64,000 bases of DNA from Longimicrobiales bacterium (GTDB taxonomy: Bacteria > Gemmatimonadota > Gemmatimonadetes > Longimicrobiales > Gaopeijiaceae), in assembly GCA_963664435.2 (NCBI GenBank), contig CAXXKM010000002.1, positions 96,001-160,000 of the forward strand. The letters run 5' to 3'. The stretch's first letter is position 1, and every line of letters starts with the position of its first letter. The translations under genes were made by a program, and so were the position numbers. The notes beneath the pieces are model-generated. The model was not told the DNA's origin. It searched no databases and worked only from the letters and a program-made list of their open reading frames with translations. Below, in pieces: positions 18,599 through 28,291 of the stretch.

Positions 18599-20299
18599 AT
18601 GACCGAAGAGCCCGCGATCAAACCGAGAACTCCCGACCAGATCTTCCACATCCTGAGCGAGGACTTCCGCCGGCGCGTGGTGAAGCGCGCCCTGAAGCAC
18701 CGTTCCGGGTCCAAGGCGCTCCGGCGACAACGCGGGGCCGCCCTGCGGCGTCTCCGGGTGGACGGATACCGGGACGCCAGCCGCGCGCCCCGGCCGAAGC
18801 TCCTCCAGCCCGTGCTGGAGGCGATCAAACATCACGACCGGGACCTCGCGCGCGCCGTTCTCAATCATTGGGTGGACTCGCACGGCACGCTTCGCGATCA
18901 AGCCGCCGGGCACCTCGCAAGCCGGGGCACGCCCGTGCCCGAGCCACCGGACGCGTGCTTCGATGGCTTCTGGACGCGCGAGCAATGGCGGAGCGAACGG
19001 CAGGCACTGGCGGCGGCGGTCGACGAGGCCGTCGACCGCGACTCGGCCGGTCTGATGCTCTGTCTCCGCGCGCGCCGGTTCCCCGCGCCGCCGCCACTGG
19101 TGTCGCCGCTCTTCCGGGACTGGCTCGACATCCTGCAAGACCTCCCTCCCAACGCGCCCGAGTGGGAGGAAGCGGACGCCCTCATCAAATGGATGGAGGA
19201 CATCCGGCGCGAGAAGGAGCGCGAACTCATCGGCTGGTGCCGGGAGCAGATCGCGAGCCTTTGCCGCTCCCTTCAAGAGCGGTTCGGCGAGGAACTGCGC
19301 TACCTCGGGATCGACCCGGATCCCTGGCCCGGACTGGTCGAGAGTCGGCCCGCGCTGATCGGGTCGGCGCTTCCGTTGCTCATCTACTTGGAAGTCACCT
19401 TCGAGGAGTACGCGCCGATTCGTCCCCAAGCCGCCTCGCGAGCCGAGGAGCTTGAGCGGTCCCTGAAGCGCGGCGAATGCGAGGACGCCATTCTCGGAGC
19501 GGTCGATGCGTGGCGGGAGCGGGTTGCCCAGCCCGACCCGCCGGACGAGGACGCCACGGGGGAGATGGCCGACGCCGACAGGGCGCGTCCGGCCTCCGGG
19601 ACGGCGGACGGCACGGATGCGGAGACCGAACCTGCCTCCGGAGCGTCCGTGAAAGAGGACGATTCAACCCGGCGCGAGATCGAGGCCCTTCGTGAGGACC
19701 GCGAGCGCCTCGAAGCGGACAACCGAACGCTCCGGGAGGGGAAGGCGCTGGGAGACGAGGAGGCCGGACGGCTCCGGGAGGAGGTTGCGCGAAGCCGTAG
19801 GATGGAGGAGCACTGGCGGCGCGCCTACGTCGAGGAGCGCAGGCAGGCCCGGACGAATGAGCGTGAGCCGGTGGCCGCGGAGCCCGTGGGGAGCGTCCGC
19901 GAAGCCATCGCGCAGGCGCGGAAGATGTTCCCCGACAGGCTGCTCATCAAGCTCAACTCCCGATCGAACGAGGACACGCCGTTCGCGAATCCCACCGAGG
20001 TGTTCGACGCGCTGGCGTGGCTCGCCACGGCGTACCGGAACGGCCCGACCGACCGGATAGGGGAAACCTGCCCTGGCTGGTTCTACAAGTCGAACCAGTC
20101 GGCTGTCACGATGGGACGGTTCCCGGACTGGTACCGGACCAGTGTCAACGGAACGGCTTGGAAGCTGGCCGCCCACCTCGGCAAGGGGACCAGTCACGAC
20201 CCGCACCACACGATCCGGATCGCCTTCGCCTGGGACGAGCAGAACGAACGCGTCATCGTCGGGTTCGTCGGCCTGCACCAGAGGAACCGGGCCTCGTAG
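18599..20299 (+). CDS. Hypothetical protein with coiled coil and possible RelE-like C-terminal domain
   Basis: AAGGAGGA RBS; coiled coil REIEALREDRERLEADN; C-terminal HLGKG...TIRIAFAWD...VIVGFVGLH. Confidence 0.7.
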   Translation: MTEEPAIKPRTPDQIFHILSEDFRRRVVKRALKHRSGSKALRRQRGAALRRLRVDGYRDASRAPRPKLLQPVLEAIKHHDRDLARAVLNHWVDSHGTLRDQAAGHLASRGTPVPEPPDACFDGFWTREQWRSERQALAAAVDEAVDRDSAGLMLCLRARRFPAPPPLVSPLFRDWLDILQDLPPNAPEWEEADALIKWMEDIRREKERELIGWCREQIASLCRSLQERFGEELRYLGIDPDPWPGLVESRPALIGSALPLLIYLEVTFEEYAPIRPQAASRAEELERSLKRGECEDAILGAVDAWRERVAQPDPPDEDATGEMADADRARPASGTADGTDAETEPASGASVKEDDSTRREIEALREDRERLEADNRTLREGKALGDEEAGRLREEVARSRRMEEHWRRAYVEERRQARTNEREPVAAEPVGSVREAIAQARKMFPDRLLIKLNSRSNEDTPFANPTEVFDALAWLATAYRNGPTDRIGETCPGWFYKSNQSAVTMGRFPDWYRTSVNGTAWKLAAHLGKGTSHDPHHTIRIAFAWDEQNERVIVGFVGLHQRNRAS

Positions 20300-20753
20300 G
20301 TTGGAGCGGTGATCGATGGCTTCACGGCTCGGCTGCCGCGAGGCCTGTTTTGACCGCCGGAAGCCCGTGCCGATGCCGATCCACGAGTGTACATGGTGCT
20401 TTGCGGGTCGCCGGACACGAAATCGCGCCTGCGATGTACATGCTTCGGGTTCCATATGCTGCTGGCGCGCTTGCGGTTGCGTCACGGCTGGCGGGGCGCC
20501 GATGTCGATCCGCGCTCCTTGGACGTGGCTGGGAGAGACCCCCCACTTCGGCATGCCTCAATCGGCACCGGGGGGGATGGGGCCGGACACCCCATCCCCC
20601 CGCCGCTACGGGGTCTCTCCCAGCCAGCAGTCCCCTTGTGGGGAAGGCGTTTGGCAGCCGTCGTCCACGCCCGCCTCGGATGTCTCGAAGCCGCCGAGGC
20701 GCTTTGGCCGGCCGGTCAGGGGCGCGTGGTGCTCTCGACCCGTCTCGTTGCGC

Positions 20754-21401
20754 TCAGCCGCGCGCCGCCTCCATGATCTCGGCCACATAGTCATCCAACC
20801 GGGCCATCACCTCGATCACTTCCGCCTTGCTCTCCGCAGTCGCGAGTTCCTTGGCCAGATCAAGCAGCAGACGGCGGACCGCAACCGGGTCGCCCGCCTG
20901 CGGCGGCGGCGCATCCTCGGGGGCAGTCTCTTCAACCGCTGGGACCTCCGGCTCCGGCGGCGTCTTGGGCTCGGGCGCGGCGGCCCTTGCGAGGCGCGCC
21001 TTCACTTGCAGGGGATACCTCGCGTGGAACTGCCGGGCCGAGAGCTCCGCAACGGAGGGGTCGATCTCGCGGGCACCCGCGAACAGGTCCGCGTTCGACA
21101 CGTTCGGGTCCACTTCGAGCGTCCGCTCCACGAACTCCATGACCGCGGCGCCATCGCCCGATGCCGCGGGCGCGGGGACAGGCTCCGGGACCGCTTTGCG
21201 CTGCCGCGCGGGCTGCCGCTGCTCCGCCATCCGCCGCGTCACCGGCAACCGATACCTGGCGTGAAACTGTTGCGGCCTAAGCTCCCCGATCGACTCGTCA
21301 ATCTCGCAGGCACCCGCGAACAGGGCGGCGTTCTTCACGCCGGGGTCCTTCCTCATTTCCTGTTCCACATACTGCATGACGGCATCATGCAAGCAGCCCA
21401 T
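20754..21401 (-). CDS. Hypothetical protein with an internally duplicated ~55-aa domain
   Basis: VMQYVEQEMRKDPGVKNAALFAGACEIDESIGELRPQQFHARY versus VMEFVERTLEVDPNVSNADLFAGAREIDPSVAELSARQFHARY. Confidence 0.8.
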   Translation of the reverse strand: MGCLHDAVMQYVEQEMRKDPGVKNAALFAGACEIDESIGELRPQQFHARYRLPVTRRMAEQRQPARQRKAVPEPVPAPAASGDGAAVMEFVERTLEVDPNVSNADLFAGAREIDPSVAELSARQFHARYPLQVKARLARAAAPEPKTPPEPEVPAVEETAPEDAPPPQAGDPVAVRRLLLDLAKELATAESKAEVIEVMARLDDYVAEIMEAARG

Positions 21402-21720
21402 GTCCGTTACCCTCTCTGGAGGCGGGTCCGCGTTCGCTGGATGCGGATGAGTCGGCGGTTATTCGACCAAGAATACTCGACGGGTGGTCGGGCAGGGTCA
21501 ATGTTCGCGGGCGTTTGCGAGCGGCTGCGCCGGTCACCTGAAATAGCGCCAGTGATGCGCCGGTGCCGGGAGGACGCTCTGCAACCTCACCGTCCGCGAC
21601 CGACGCCGGGTCGCCGCCCGAGACCGCTGGCGCCCCGAGGCGCAGCGCCGACAGGATCAGCAGCAGCCCGGCAGCGCCGAGGACGACGACCGCACCGACG
21701 CGCCACATCCGCTCGACCAT
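21385..21720 (-). CDS. Possible small membrane-anchored protein
   Basis: One hydrophobic stretch (VGAVVVLGAAGLLLILSAL); otherwise featureless. Confidence 0.25.
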   Translation of the reverse strand: MVERMWRVGAVVVLGAAGLLLILSALRLGAPAVSGGDPASVADGEVAERPPGTGASLALFQVTGAAARKRPRTLTLPDHPSSILGRITADSSASSERGPASREGNGHGLLA

Positions 21721-21783
21721 CACCCCGCCGACTCCCCAACCAGAGACGTCATCCGATCCGGCCAGTCGGCGGGGTAGATCTTC

Positions 21784-22040
21784 GCCTTCCCGCAGGGATA
21801 ATCCTTGGGGGAGCGACCCCGGGAGGGGGCGGGGACGAGCGTGCGAAAACGCGCACGGCCCCGCGCCCGAACCGGGCACCTGTGCCCCTGGGGTCGCTAC
21901 CCTCCACGCCCCAAGCCGCTCCTGTGCCACGGCCGACCGCGCGGCGAAGCTGCAAGACGTTGCCGCGCCACCGGATATGCAAGCCGGTCGGTGCGCATCA
22001 CGGGAGCGCCAAAATGTGCATTGACCCCCATTGTCTCTTG
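21784..22040. repeat. Non-coding repeat B, copy 1 (inner element)
   Basis: Colinear with 36154-36410: GCCTTCCCGCAGGGAT, AGCGACCC...GGGTCGCT, TTGCCGCGCCA, CATTGACCCCC. Confidence 0.8.
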
Positions 22041-22065
22041 CACACCTCCGGTACGGCCCCGGACA

Positions 22066-23903
22066 TCAGGTCTCCCAGTAGAATCGAGCCCACGCCAGCC
22101 GATCCGTCATCCATGTGTCGACGCGTTCGGTCAGCCCCCGGCCCGCACGCCTGCGCGCACGATCCTCAAGGACGATGGCGCGCTCCAAGGCGGCCTGCAA
22201 GCCGCTGTATTCGTCGAGGGTGCGGACATCCCCCCCGAGGATGGCTTGCTCGATCCGGGCGAGGTCGCGCCGGGTCTCCTCGTCGATTTCGGACGGGCGC
22301 GGATACCGCGACCAGTTGGCCAGCACCCTGCTCGTCCTACCGTACTCCTTCCATCGCCGGACGACCGCCACCACTTCGATCTTGACGCCCAGGTCCCAGA
22401 GCGCCTTCCAGAGGTCGCCGTGCTTCGCACCGCACGAACGGAGCGCGTCGTCTTCGTCTACGCCGAGCCGGGGGTCTCGACAGCTGCCTTCACCGCCTCG
22501 TCGAGATGAGGGCTCTGCATTGATTCCGGCCTGTCCGGCGGAAGGATCCACGGCTATCGGTATGGCGTTCGAGCCGGTTTCGAAGGGACGGATCCTGACC
22601 GCCGATCGGTCGGGGTCGGTGGCATACCGCGCGTGCACATCGACATTGAGGTGCATGTGCACAGAATCGCCGCCTCCATGTGCGCGGCAGCGGTGCCGCA
22701 TGTCGCTGCCCGCGTTGCGGTTGTACCCTGCCCGCACGAACGGCGGTGCCGTTCCGGAGAGTGCGGTCGTGGCGGGAGCGACCCTGCCCTTCGGGTGCCT
22801 GGTACGGCACGGCGACGGCCGGGATGTGCGCTGCCATCCCAACCCCGCCTGGGGTCGCCCGGTCCATCCATCCCGTGCGGGAAGCCCAACGGCCAGCCGG
22901 GACGGGCGCATCCCGGATCCTTGCTTGGCCATACGCGAGCGCCGGACAACTCGTCGGCGGCAGTTCCGGGGACGGCCTCCGCGCCGTCTATGTGGAGGAG
23001 CGCCAAGGGGTGCCCGAAGGCTTCTCCGAGGCGAAAGATGAAGCGTGCGCCGCGGCTCATCGTCCGAACGTGAGACCCGCCGCGAGGGTGGGGGAGGTCT
23101 CCCCGGCGTCGTCTTCGACGGCGCCCACGCCCTGCCGGACGGACGAATCACACGGCGCGTCCAACGGCAACTCCGCGCCGTTTGCCGTCGGGGGTTAGAG
23201 GGGGCACGGCCCCCCGCCAGCCTCTCCTGGGGCACGCGGAGTGTGGCCACGGGGAGTATGCTGGCTTGTCGCCATAACAGCGCCCGACGACCCCGTCGGC
23301 GGCTGCCGCCAATACAGTGACGGCGCACCACCGCAAGCGCTCCGGGGAGCCCGTTCAGACGGGCCTCGCGAAGCGCGGCCAACGGTGGGATGGTGGCCAG
23401 CAATGCTGCGCCATCCATGTACGCCCGAAGCCAAAGCGGCGACCGATCCCGCCAGCCGCGCCCCGGTAGACCCGGACGGGCAGCAGGGAGCGGTGGATGC
23501 CGAGCGCCTCGAAGGCGCTCACCTTCTCCGACTCGGTCGGAAGCCAGGGCAGGCCCGGATGCTCGATCACGTAGTCGAACGAGAGCAGGCGGCGAACGAC
23601 CACCTCGGTCGAGGTGATTCTGCGGTGGCGGACGTCCTCGGCACCGAGCGCCCGGTAGATGCCGCGCGCGCAGACCCGGCAGACCTTCAGGCCCCGGACC
23701 GTCTCCTCGGCCACCAGCCTTCGCTCCGTCAGGGCCTGCACGAGCCGGAGCACCTTGAAGCGGCTGGCCCCGAGCCAATCCGAAAGCTGCGCGCGGGTGA
23801 ACACGCCGCCGTGCAGGCTCGCCAGCGCGATCCACTCGGCCCGTTCACCCGTCAGGCCGAAGGGCTCAAGCGCCCGTTCCCGTTCCTTCAGATGGGCGAT
23901 CAT
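22066..23903 (-). pseudogene. Disrupted wHTH / replication-relaxation-like gene
   Basis: N-part MIAHLKERERALEPFGL...VYRGAAGG (23903 to ~23440) and C-part ALRSCGAKHGDLWKAL...RLAWARF (~22446-22066), separated by ~1 kb. Family is tentative. Confidence 0.5.
22600..22880. repeat. Structured non-coding repeat A, copy 1 (inner element)
   Basis: Colinear with 33940-34225; several hairpins. Confidence 0.85.
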
Positions 23904-24586
23904 CGGCGGTTTCCCTCTTCCGAGCCTTCTCGGCTCGGCGAACCGCCGCGACCCGGAACGCACCGACATTGGGGGACGCTCCTCGGCCAGGCTCTTCATG
24001 CAGGTGGACCCGAACACGGTGCCGGCAAGCCGCGCAAGAGAGTAGGAAGTCGGATATTTCCCACGTCTCGACGGGGCAACGGGTTGCCGGATCCGGGTTG
24101 GGCCACGCGTCGCCAGTGGCCACTCGATGCGTGCTCTGCATCCCCGCGGAGGAGTTCCCTCGTCTGCACGTCGAACCTGTGTTTCAGCGTCTCCATCCCC
24201 GAACGGTGAAGGGTCGCTGGCAGGCGAGTCAACTCGCGGATAATCGCCTATTGTCCGATAACGTTCGAGGATGTTCGATAACGTAAAGCAGTCGAAGGTC
24301 GGTGCCGCCAGCAGCGTGGAAAACGCCCCCACGCCCGGTATCGGAGCGGAACCCGCGCCCTGGGATTCGGCCATTGTTGCTTGCAAGTGCCCGTGACGAC
24401 GGATTCCGTGCGGTCAACTGCTCTCGACCACTGCCGATAAACCCCCTTGGTGTGAGGGGAAATTCCCTCGCAAGTGGGGTGTCGGGCACTCTATTCGGCT
24501 CGGTGGCAATGGCCCAACGTTGTTGCGTCAATTGGCCGCGGTTCTTCGCGGCCTTCACAACCAACCCTCAGAACAGGAGGATTCCA

Positions 24587-24874
24587 ATGATGAGGGCACT
24601 TTCCTTCCTGGCACTGGCCGCGCTCTTCGTGACGGGTGTGGCCGTGGGCGGGACCGTCGGGCCTGTGCCCGCCTACGCGCAGTCCGCCGAGACCTGCGAG
24701 CAGGACGAGTGCGATCCGGCTCCCTGGTGGCAGTTCTGGACCAGTGACCAGTACGTCATGAACGCTGGCTACAACACTGGTTGCGACTGGATCGGCGACG
24801 GTGAGTGTGCCACCTACTCCTGCGGTCAGGCCTTGCCTGGCGGCGGCAACGGCGGCGAAGAGGACGACGATTAG
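24587..24874 (+). CDS. Small secreted Cys-rich peptide (95 aa)
   Basis: AGGAGG RBS at 24575; signal peptide ending AYA-Q; five Cys; acidic Gly-rich tail. Confidence 0.85.
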   Translation: MMRALSFLALAALFVTGVAVGGTVGPVPAYAQSAETCEQDECDPAPWWQFWTSDQYVMNAGYNTGCDWIGDGECATYSCGQALPGGGNGGEEDDD

Positions 24875-24882
24875 GGTCCGCC

Positions 24883-24932
24883 TCGAATCAGGGGGAGGCG
24901 GGCGCGGGCTGGCCTGCTGCCCCCTGATTCGA
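24883..24932 (+). terminator. Stem-loop after the peptide gene (no U tract)
   Basis: TCGAATCAGGGGG / CCCCCTGATTCGA, perfect 13-bp stem. Confidence 0.6.
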
Positions 24933-24973
24933 CCGCGCTCTAGGGAGGAACAAAGGATGAAAGGAGACAATGG

Positions 24974-27298
24974 ATGATCAGCATAGCCGCAACAGTGTTA
25001 GCCGTAGCCGTGCAACAGGCGGCGGTGACCGGAGTGGTCCGTGACAGCACGGACTTGGAGCCGGTCGCTTTCGCGCGGGTGACGGTCGAGATCACGGAGG
25101 TTCCACCAACGGAAACGGTCACCGACAGATTCGGTGCCTTCGCGATAGCGGGACTCGATGCTAGCGATGCCGTCGGCATCGTCACCGTGGAGGCTTTTGG
25201 ATATGCGCCCTGGCGAATGGAATTGGGGCAGGCTTTGGACGGGGAACTCACGATCCTGCTTCAACCGCAGCCGATCGCGCTTGAGGAGATTCGCATCAAT
25301 GCACGTCGGGCGGCCGACCCCTTGTCGTCATCTCCGGGAGCCTTCGTGGTCGACCGGGAACTGGTGCGCGCACAGCCCGTCATACTGGAGACAGACGTAC
25401 TCCGCGCCACGTCCCTTTCCCCCGCCGCATCACCGGCGTCCGACTGGGTGGCGGCACCGTTCATTCGGGGCGGAGTGAGCGAGGGCACGCCGGTCTTCCT
25501 GGACGGAGTGCGGCTTTTCAATCCGTTCCATGTCGGGGGATTCGTGGCGGCGCTCAACGCCGAGGCCGTCAATCGCGTGACGTTGCTCACGGGATCGTCG
25601 AGCGAAGCGCTGGCGGTGGGGTCGCTCTCTGGCGCCATCGACGTGGCCACTCGGGATGGATCGCGGGACAGCTTCCGCTCGAGCGGCTCATTGGGGATCG
25701 CTTCGCTGCGTATGTCCGCCGAGGGACCGGTGGGAGGGTCGGCGTCGTTCCTCGTGGACGCCAGACGCTCGTACATCGACCTCCTCACCGCGGGGCTGGG
25801 AGCGGTTATGGACAACCCCACGGTGCCATACTCCTTCGGCGACGTTCATGGAAAGTTCACGAAGGACCTCGGGGGCGTCCGCCGACTCTCGTTGACGGGC
25901 TACTGGAACGACGAAGGTCTCGATTCGAGGCCCCAAGACATCCCCGAGGGAGACGCGGCGCTCGGACGCGCCTCACGGGCGACCTGGGGGAACATGGCGC
26001 TGGCCGCGCACTACCGGGACCGACTCGGCTCGGCCACCCTGATCGACTTGAGCGTCGGGCACAGCCGGTTCTCGGGCGACTACACGGTGTTTCGGGGAAA
26101 GGCGATGGACGCCGACACTTCCTCGATCGTCCGTGGCATGATGGGCGAGTACCGGGCCGAAGTGCGCCTCAGGCAACAGTCCGGCAAGCTGACGCTCGAC
26201 GGAGGCTTGCAGGCGACCCGTTTCGAGGCGGCTCACAGCGCGGTCGGCAGGGAGTGGGACGGCAGCGACCCATACGACCTCTTCGAGGCGTTCGATCTCT
26301 CGCCCGCGTCGACGAGGGTCGCTGCATTCGGCAGCGCGAAGGCAACCCTGGGCGGCGGGTTTGCGGTTGGAGGGGGCCTTCGCGCCGACCACTTCTTTGG
26401 CGTCGAGGGGGCGCTGTCGCCCTTCGCGGAGGTGTCGTACCAACGGCCCCGGTGGAAGGCTTGGCTCTCCTCCAGCAGGTCACATCAGGCGCTGTCGTCG
26501 ATCCGCAGCGAAGAACCGGTGTCGTCGAGCTATCTGGCGTACGACCTCCTGGCTCCGGTCCAGGAGGGTCCGCTTCTAAGGAACTCGGAAGTGTCCGGTG
26601 GCTGGGAGGGCGGCACCCACGGCGTGCGCGTTCGGGTGGAGGCCTTCGCCCGGCGGATGGACAATCTCCGCCTTCCCGCCCTGAACAACAATCCCATCGA
26701 GTCACTCATGCTCGTCGAGCCGTCCAAGCGCGAGCTGGGAAGCGGCACGGCCAAGGGGCTGGAGTCCACCTGGAGCTGGTCTCCGGCCAGCGGCGGGGCA
26801 ACCGTGGTCGGCAGCTACCGTTGGGCCAAAGTGACCAGAACTGTTGGTAGCCGCACCTATACGCCGAGGTTTCACAGAGATCACGAAGGCGAGTTGAGTG
26901 CGAGCCTGCAACGTGGCGGTTCGACCTGGTCGGTGCGCTTTTCGGCGCGCAGCGGACAGCCGACGACGCCCATCGTGGCCTTCTTGCCGTTCGTCGCCTA
27001 CCTGTCCCCCGACGCGCGGTTGGGCGGTCTCTACGACGATGTCCTGAACTTCGCCGGAGAGTACAACTCCGCGACGCTGCCGCCCTACCTGCGGATCGAT
27101 GTGGGCTGGCGGGGCTCGAAGGACGTGGACTGGTTCGGCGGCGGCACGCTGACGCCCTTCGCTTCCATCGCCAATCTCTTCAGCCTACCCAACGTCGTTG
27201 GCGTCGCGCCGGAGCAGCGCACCGACGGCGTGACTGAGCGCGTGTACGCCCCACAGCTACCAATGGTCCCGTTCCTGGGCCTCGAATTCCGGTTCTAG
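24974..27298 (+). CDS. TonB-dependent receptor
   Basis: N-terminal VTGVVRDS...TDRFGAF domain, plug IRGG...LDGVRLFNPFH, LPPYLRID, C-terminal Phe. Confidence 0.9.
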   Translation: MISIAATVLAVAVQQAAVTGVVRDSTDLEPVAFARVTVEITEVPPTETVTDRFGAFAIAGLDASDAVGIVTVEAFGYAPWRMELGQALDGELTILLQPQPIALEEIRINARRAADPLSSSPGAFVVDRELVRAQPVILETDVLRATSLSPAASPASDWVAAPFIRGGVSEGTPVFLDGVRLFNPFHVGGFVAALNAEAVNRVTLLTGSSSEALAVGSLSGAIDVATRDGSRDSFRSSGSLGIASLRMSAEGPVGGSASFLVDARRSYIDLLTAGLGAVMDNPTVPYSFGDVHGKFTKDLGGVRRLSLTGYWNDEGLDSRPQDIPEGDAALGRASRATWGNMALAAHYRDRLGSATLIDLSVGHSRFSGDYTVFRGKAMDADTSSIVRGMMGEYRAEVRLRQQSGKLTLDGGLQATRFEAAHSAVGREWDGSDPYDLFEAFDLSPASTRVAAFGSAKATLGGGFAVGGGLRADHFFGVEGALSPFAEVSYQRPRWKAWLSSSRSHQALSSIRSEEPVSSSYLAYDLLAPVQEGPLLRNSEVSGGWEGGTHGVRVRVEAFARRMDNLRLPALNNNPIESLMLVEPSKRELGSGTAKGLESTWSWSPASGGATVVGSYRWAKVTRTVGSRTYTPRFHRDHEGELSASLQRGGSTWSVRFSARSGQPTTPIVAFLPFVAYLSPDARLGGLYDDVLNFAGEYNSATLPPYLRIDVGWRGSKDVDWFGGGTLTPFASIANLFSLPNVVGVAPEQRTDGVTERVYAPQLPMVPFLGLEFRF

Positions 27299-27331
27299 GG
27301 ATCACCATACGATTTGAGAAAGGATCTCGTC

Positions 27332-28291
27332 ATGTATGACAATTCGGAAGGAAAAACTCGGCACCACGGGGCCAACCGCCGTGGGCGGGCCGCGCCAAGG
27401 CTCATCGCCGCATTGACGGCGCTTGGCGGCCTGGCCGCCGGCGCGTGCGACTACACGCACCCGACGGAAGTCTTCGTCCCCGACGAAAACGCCATAGCGA
27501 TCGCCGCCGTGATCAGTGCGGGGTTCGACACCGCCACGTTGCTTGCCACCTACCCACACCGCGACACCTTGGGAGATCCACCGGTGGTCGGTGCCCAGCT
27601 GTCCGGTCCGGGATGGACGGCCACCTTTGTCCAGGATGCCGATTCGCATACGCCAAAGGGGCTTTGGGCGTGCGGTCTGATATCCGGGTCGGTGGCCTGG
27701 AAGGGGCCTGTATCCTGCTTGCGTGCCCAGCTTCCAGAGCCAATCGAGGTTGGTGTCCAGTACACCCTTTCGGGTACTACGGAACTCGGCGGCTTCTCAG
27801 GAACTGCCGCCGTTCCGGTCGCTCCCGTGCTTGTCGAGCCATCCGTGCAGTTCGTTGCCGCGCCAACCGCTGACACCTTCGGCGTTGATGTGCGATACGA
27901 GACCCCCGCCGGGGTGGAGTTCATCGTGGCGGAGGCCGCCAATGTCGTGCAGGTCGTCGTGGACAGCGCGGGCAACGTGAGCGAGGAGCCCCGATGGATC
28001 AAGCACCTCGTCCCCAGGGAGCTGAACCCGGCAGCTGAGCACGCCCGCATCATCGTCAGGGGGTATGACGCCAGTTCGCCTCAGAATGTCTGGCGGCCTC
28101 CCGAATTCCGCCTCGACCTCCACCTCGTCGGCTTCGACGAGAACTTCGCCCGCTTCGCCCGGCTCCGTTACGACCGCTTGGTGATCCAGCCGTGGCCCAG
28201 CTTCGGGCTCAGCGGCGACGAAGGCATCTTCGGCTACTTCGGAGCCGCGTCCCGTTCAAACCCAGTTCAAGTGATTGTGAGGCCACAATGA
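27332..28291 (+). CDS. TBDR-associated lipoprotein (DUF4249-like)
   Basis: Lipobox LAAGAC; C-terminal GIFGYFGA; directly follows the TBDR. Confidence 0.7.
   Translation: MYDNSEGKTRHHGANRRGRAAPRLIAALTALGGLAAGACDYTHPTEVFVPDENAIAIAAVISAGFDTATLLATYPHRDTLGDPPVVGAQLSGPGWTATFVQDADSHTPKGLWACGLISGSVAWKGPVSCLRAQLPEPIEVGVQYTLSGTTELGGFSGTAAVPVAPVLVEPSVQFVAAPTADTFGVDVRYETPAGVEFIVAEAANVVQVVVDSAGNVSEEPRWIKHLVPRELNPAAEHARIIVRGYDASSPQNVWRPPEFRLDLHLVGFDENFARFARLRYDRLVIQPWPSFGLSGDEGIFGYFGAASRSNPVQVIVRPQ

Noticed and set aside
17926..18828. 300-aa N-terminal extension of the integrase in the ORF track
   Set aside because: Homology with the sibling integrase starts at MMARTK; the extension overlaps the divergent gene at 18599.
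20568..20603. Strong G/C hairpin GGGGGATGGGG...CCCCATCCCCC
   Set aside because: Lies between convergent genes; could be a terminator, with no further support for anything more.
22633..23073. Small Cys/His-rich ORFs within repeat A
   Set aside because: The reading frame is not preserved between the two copies.
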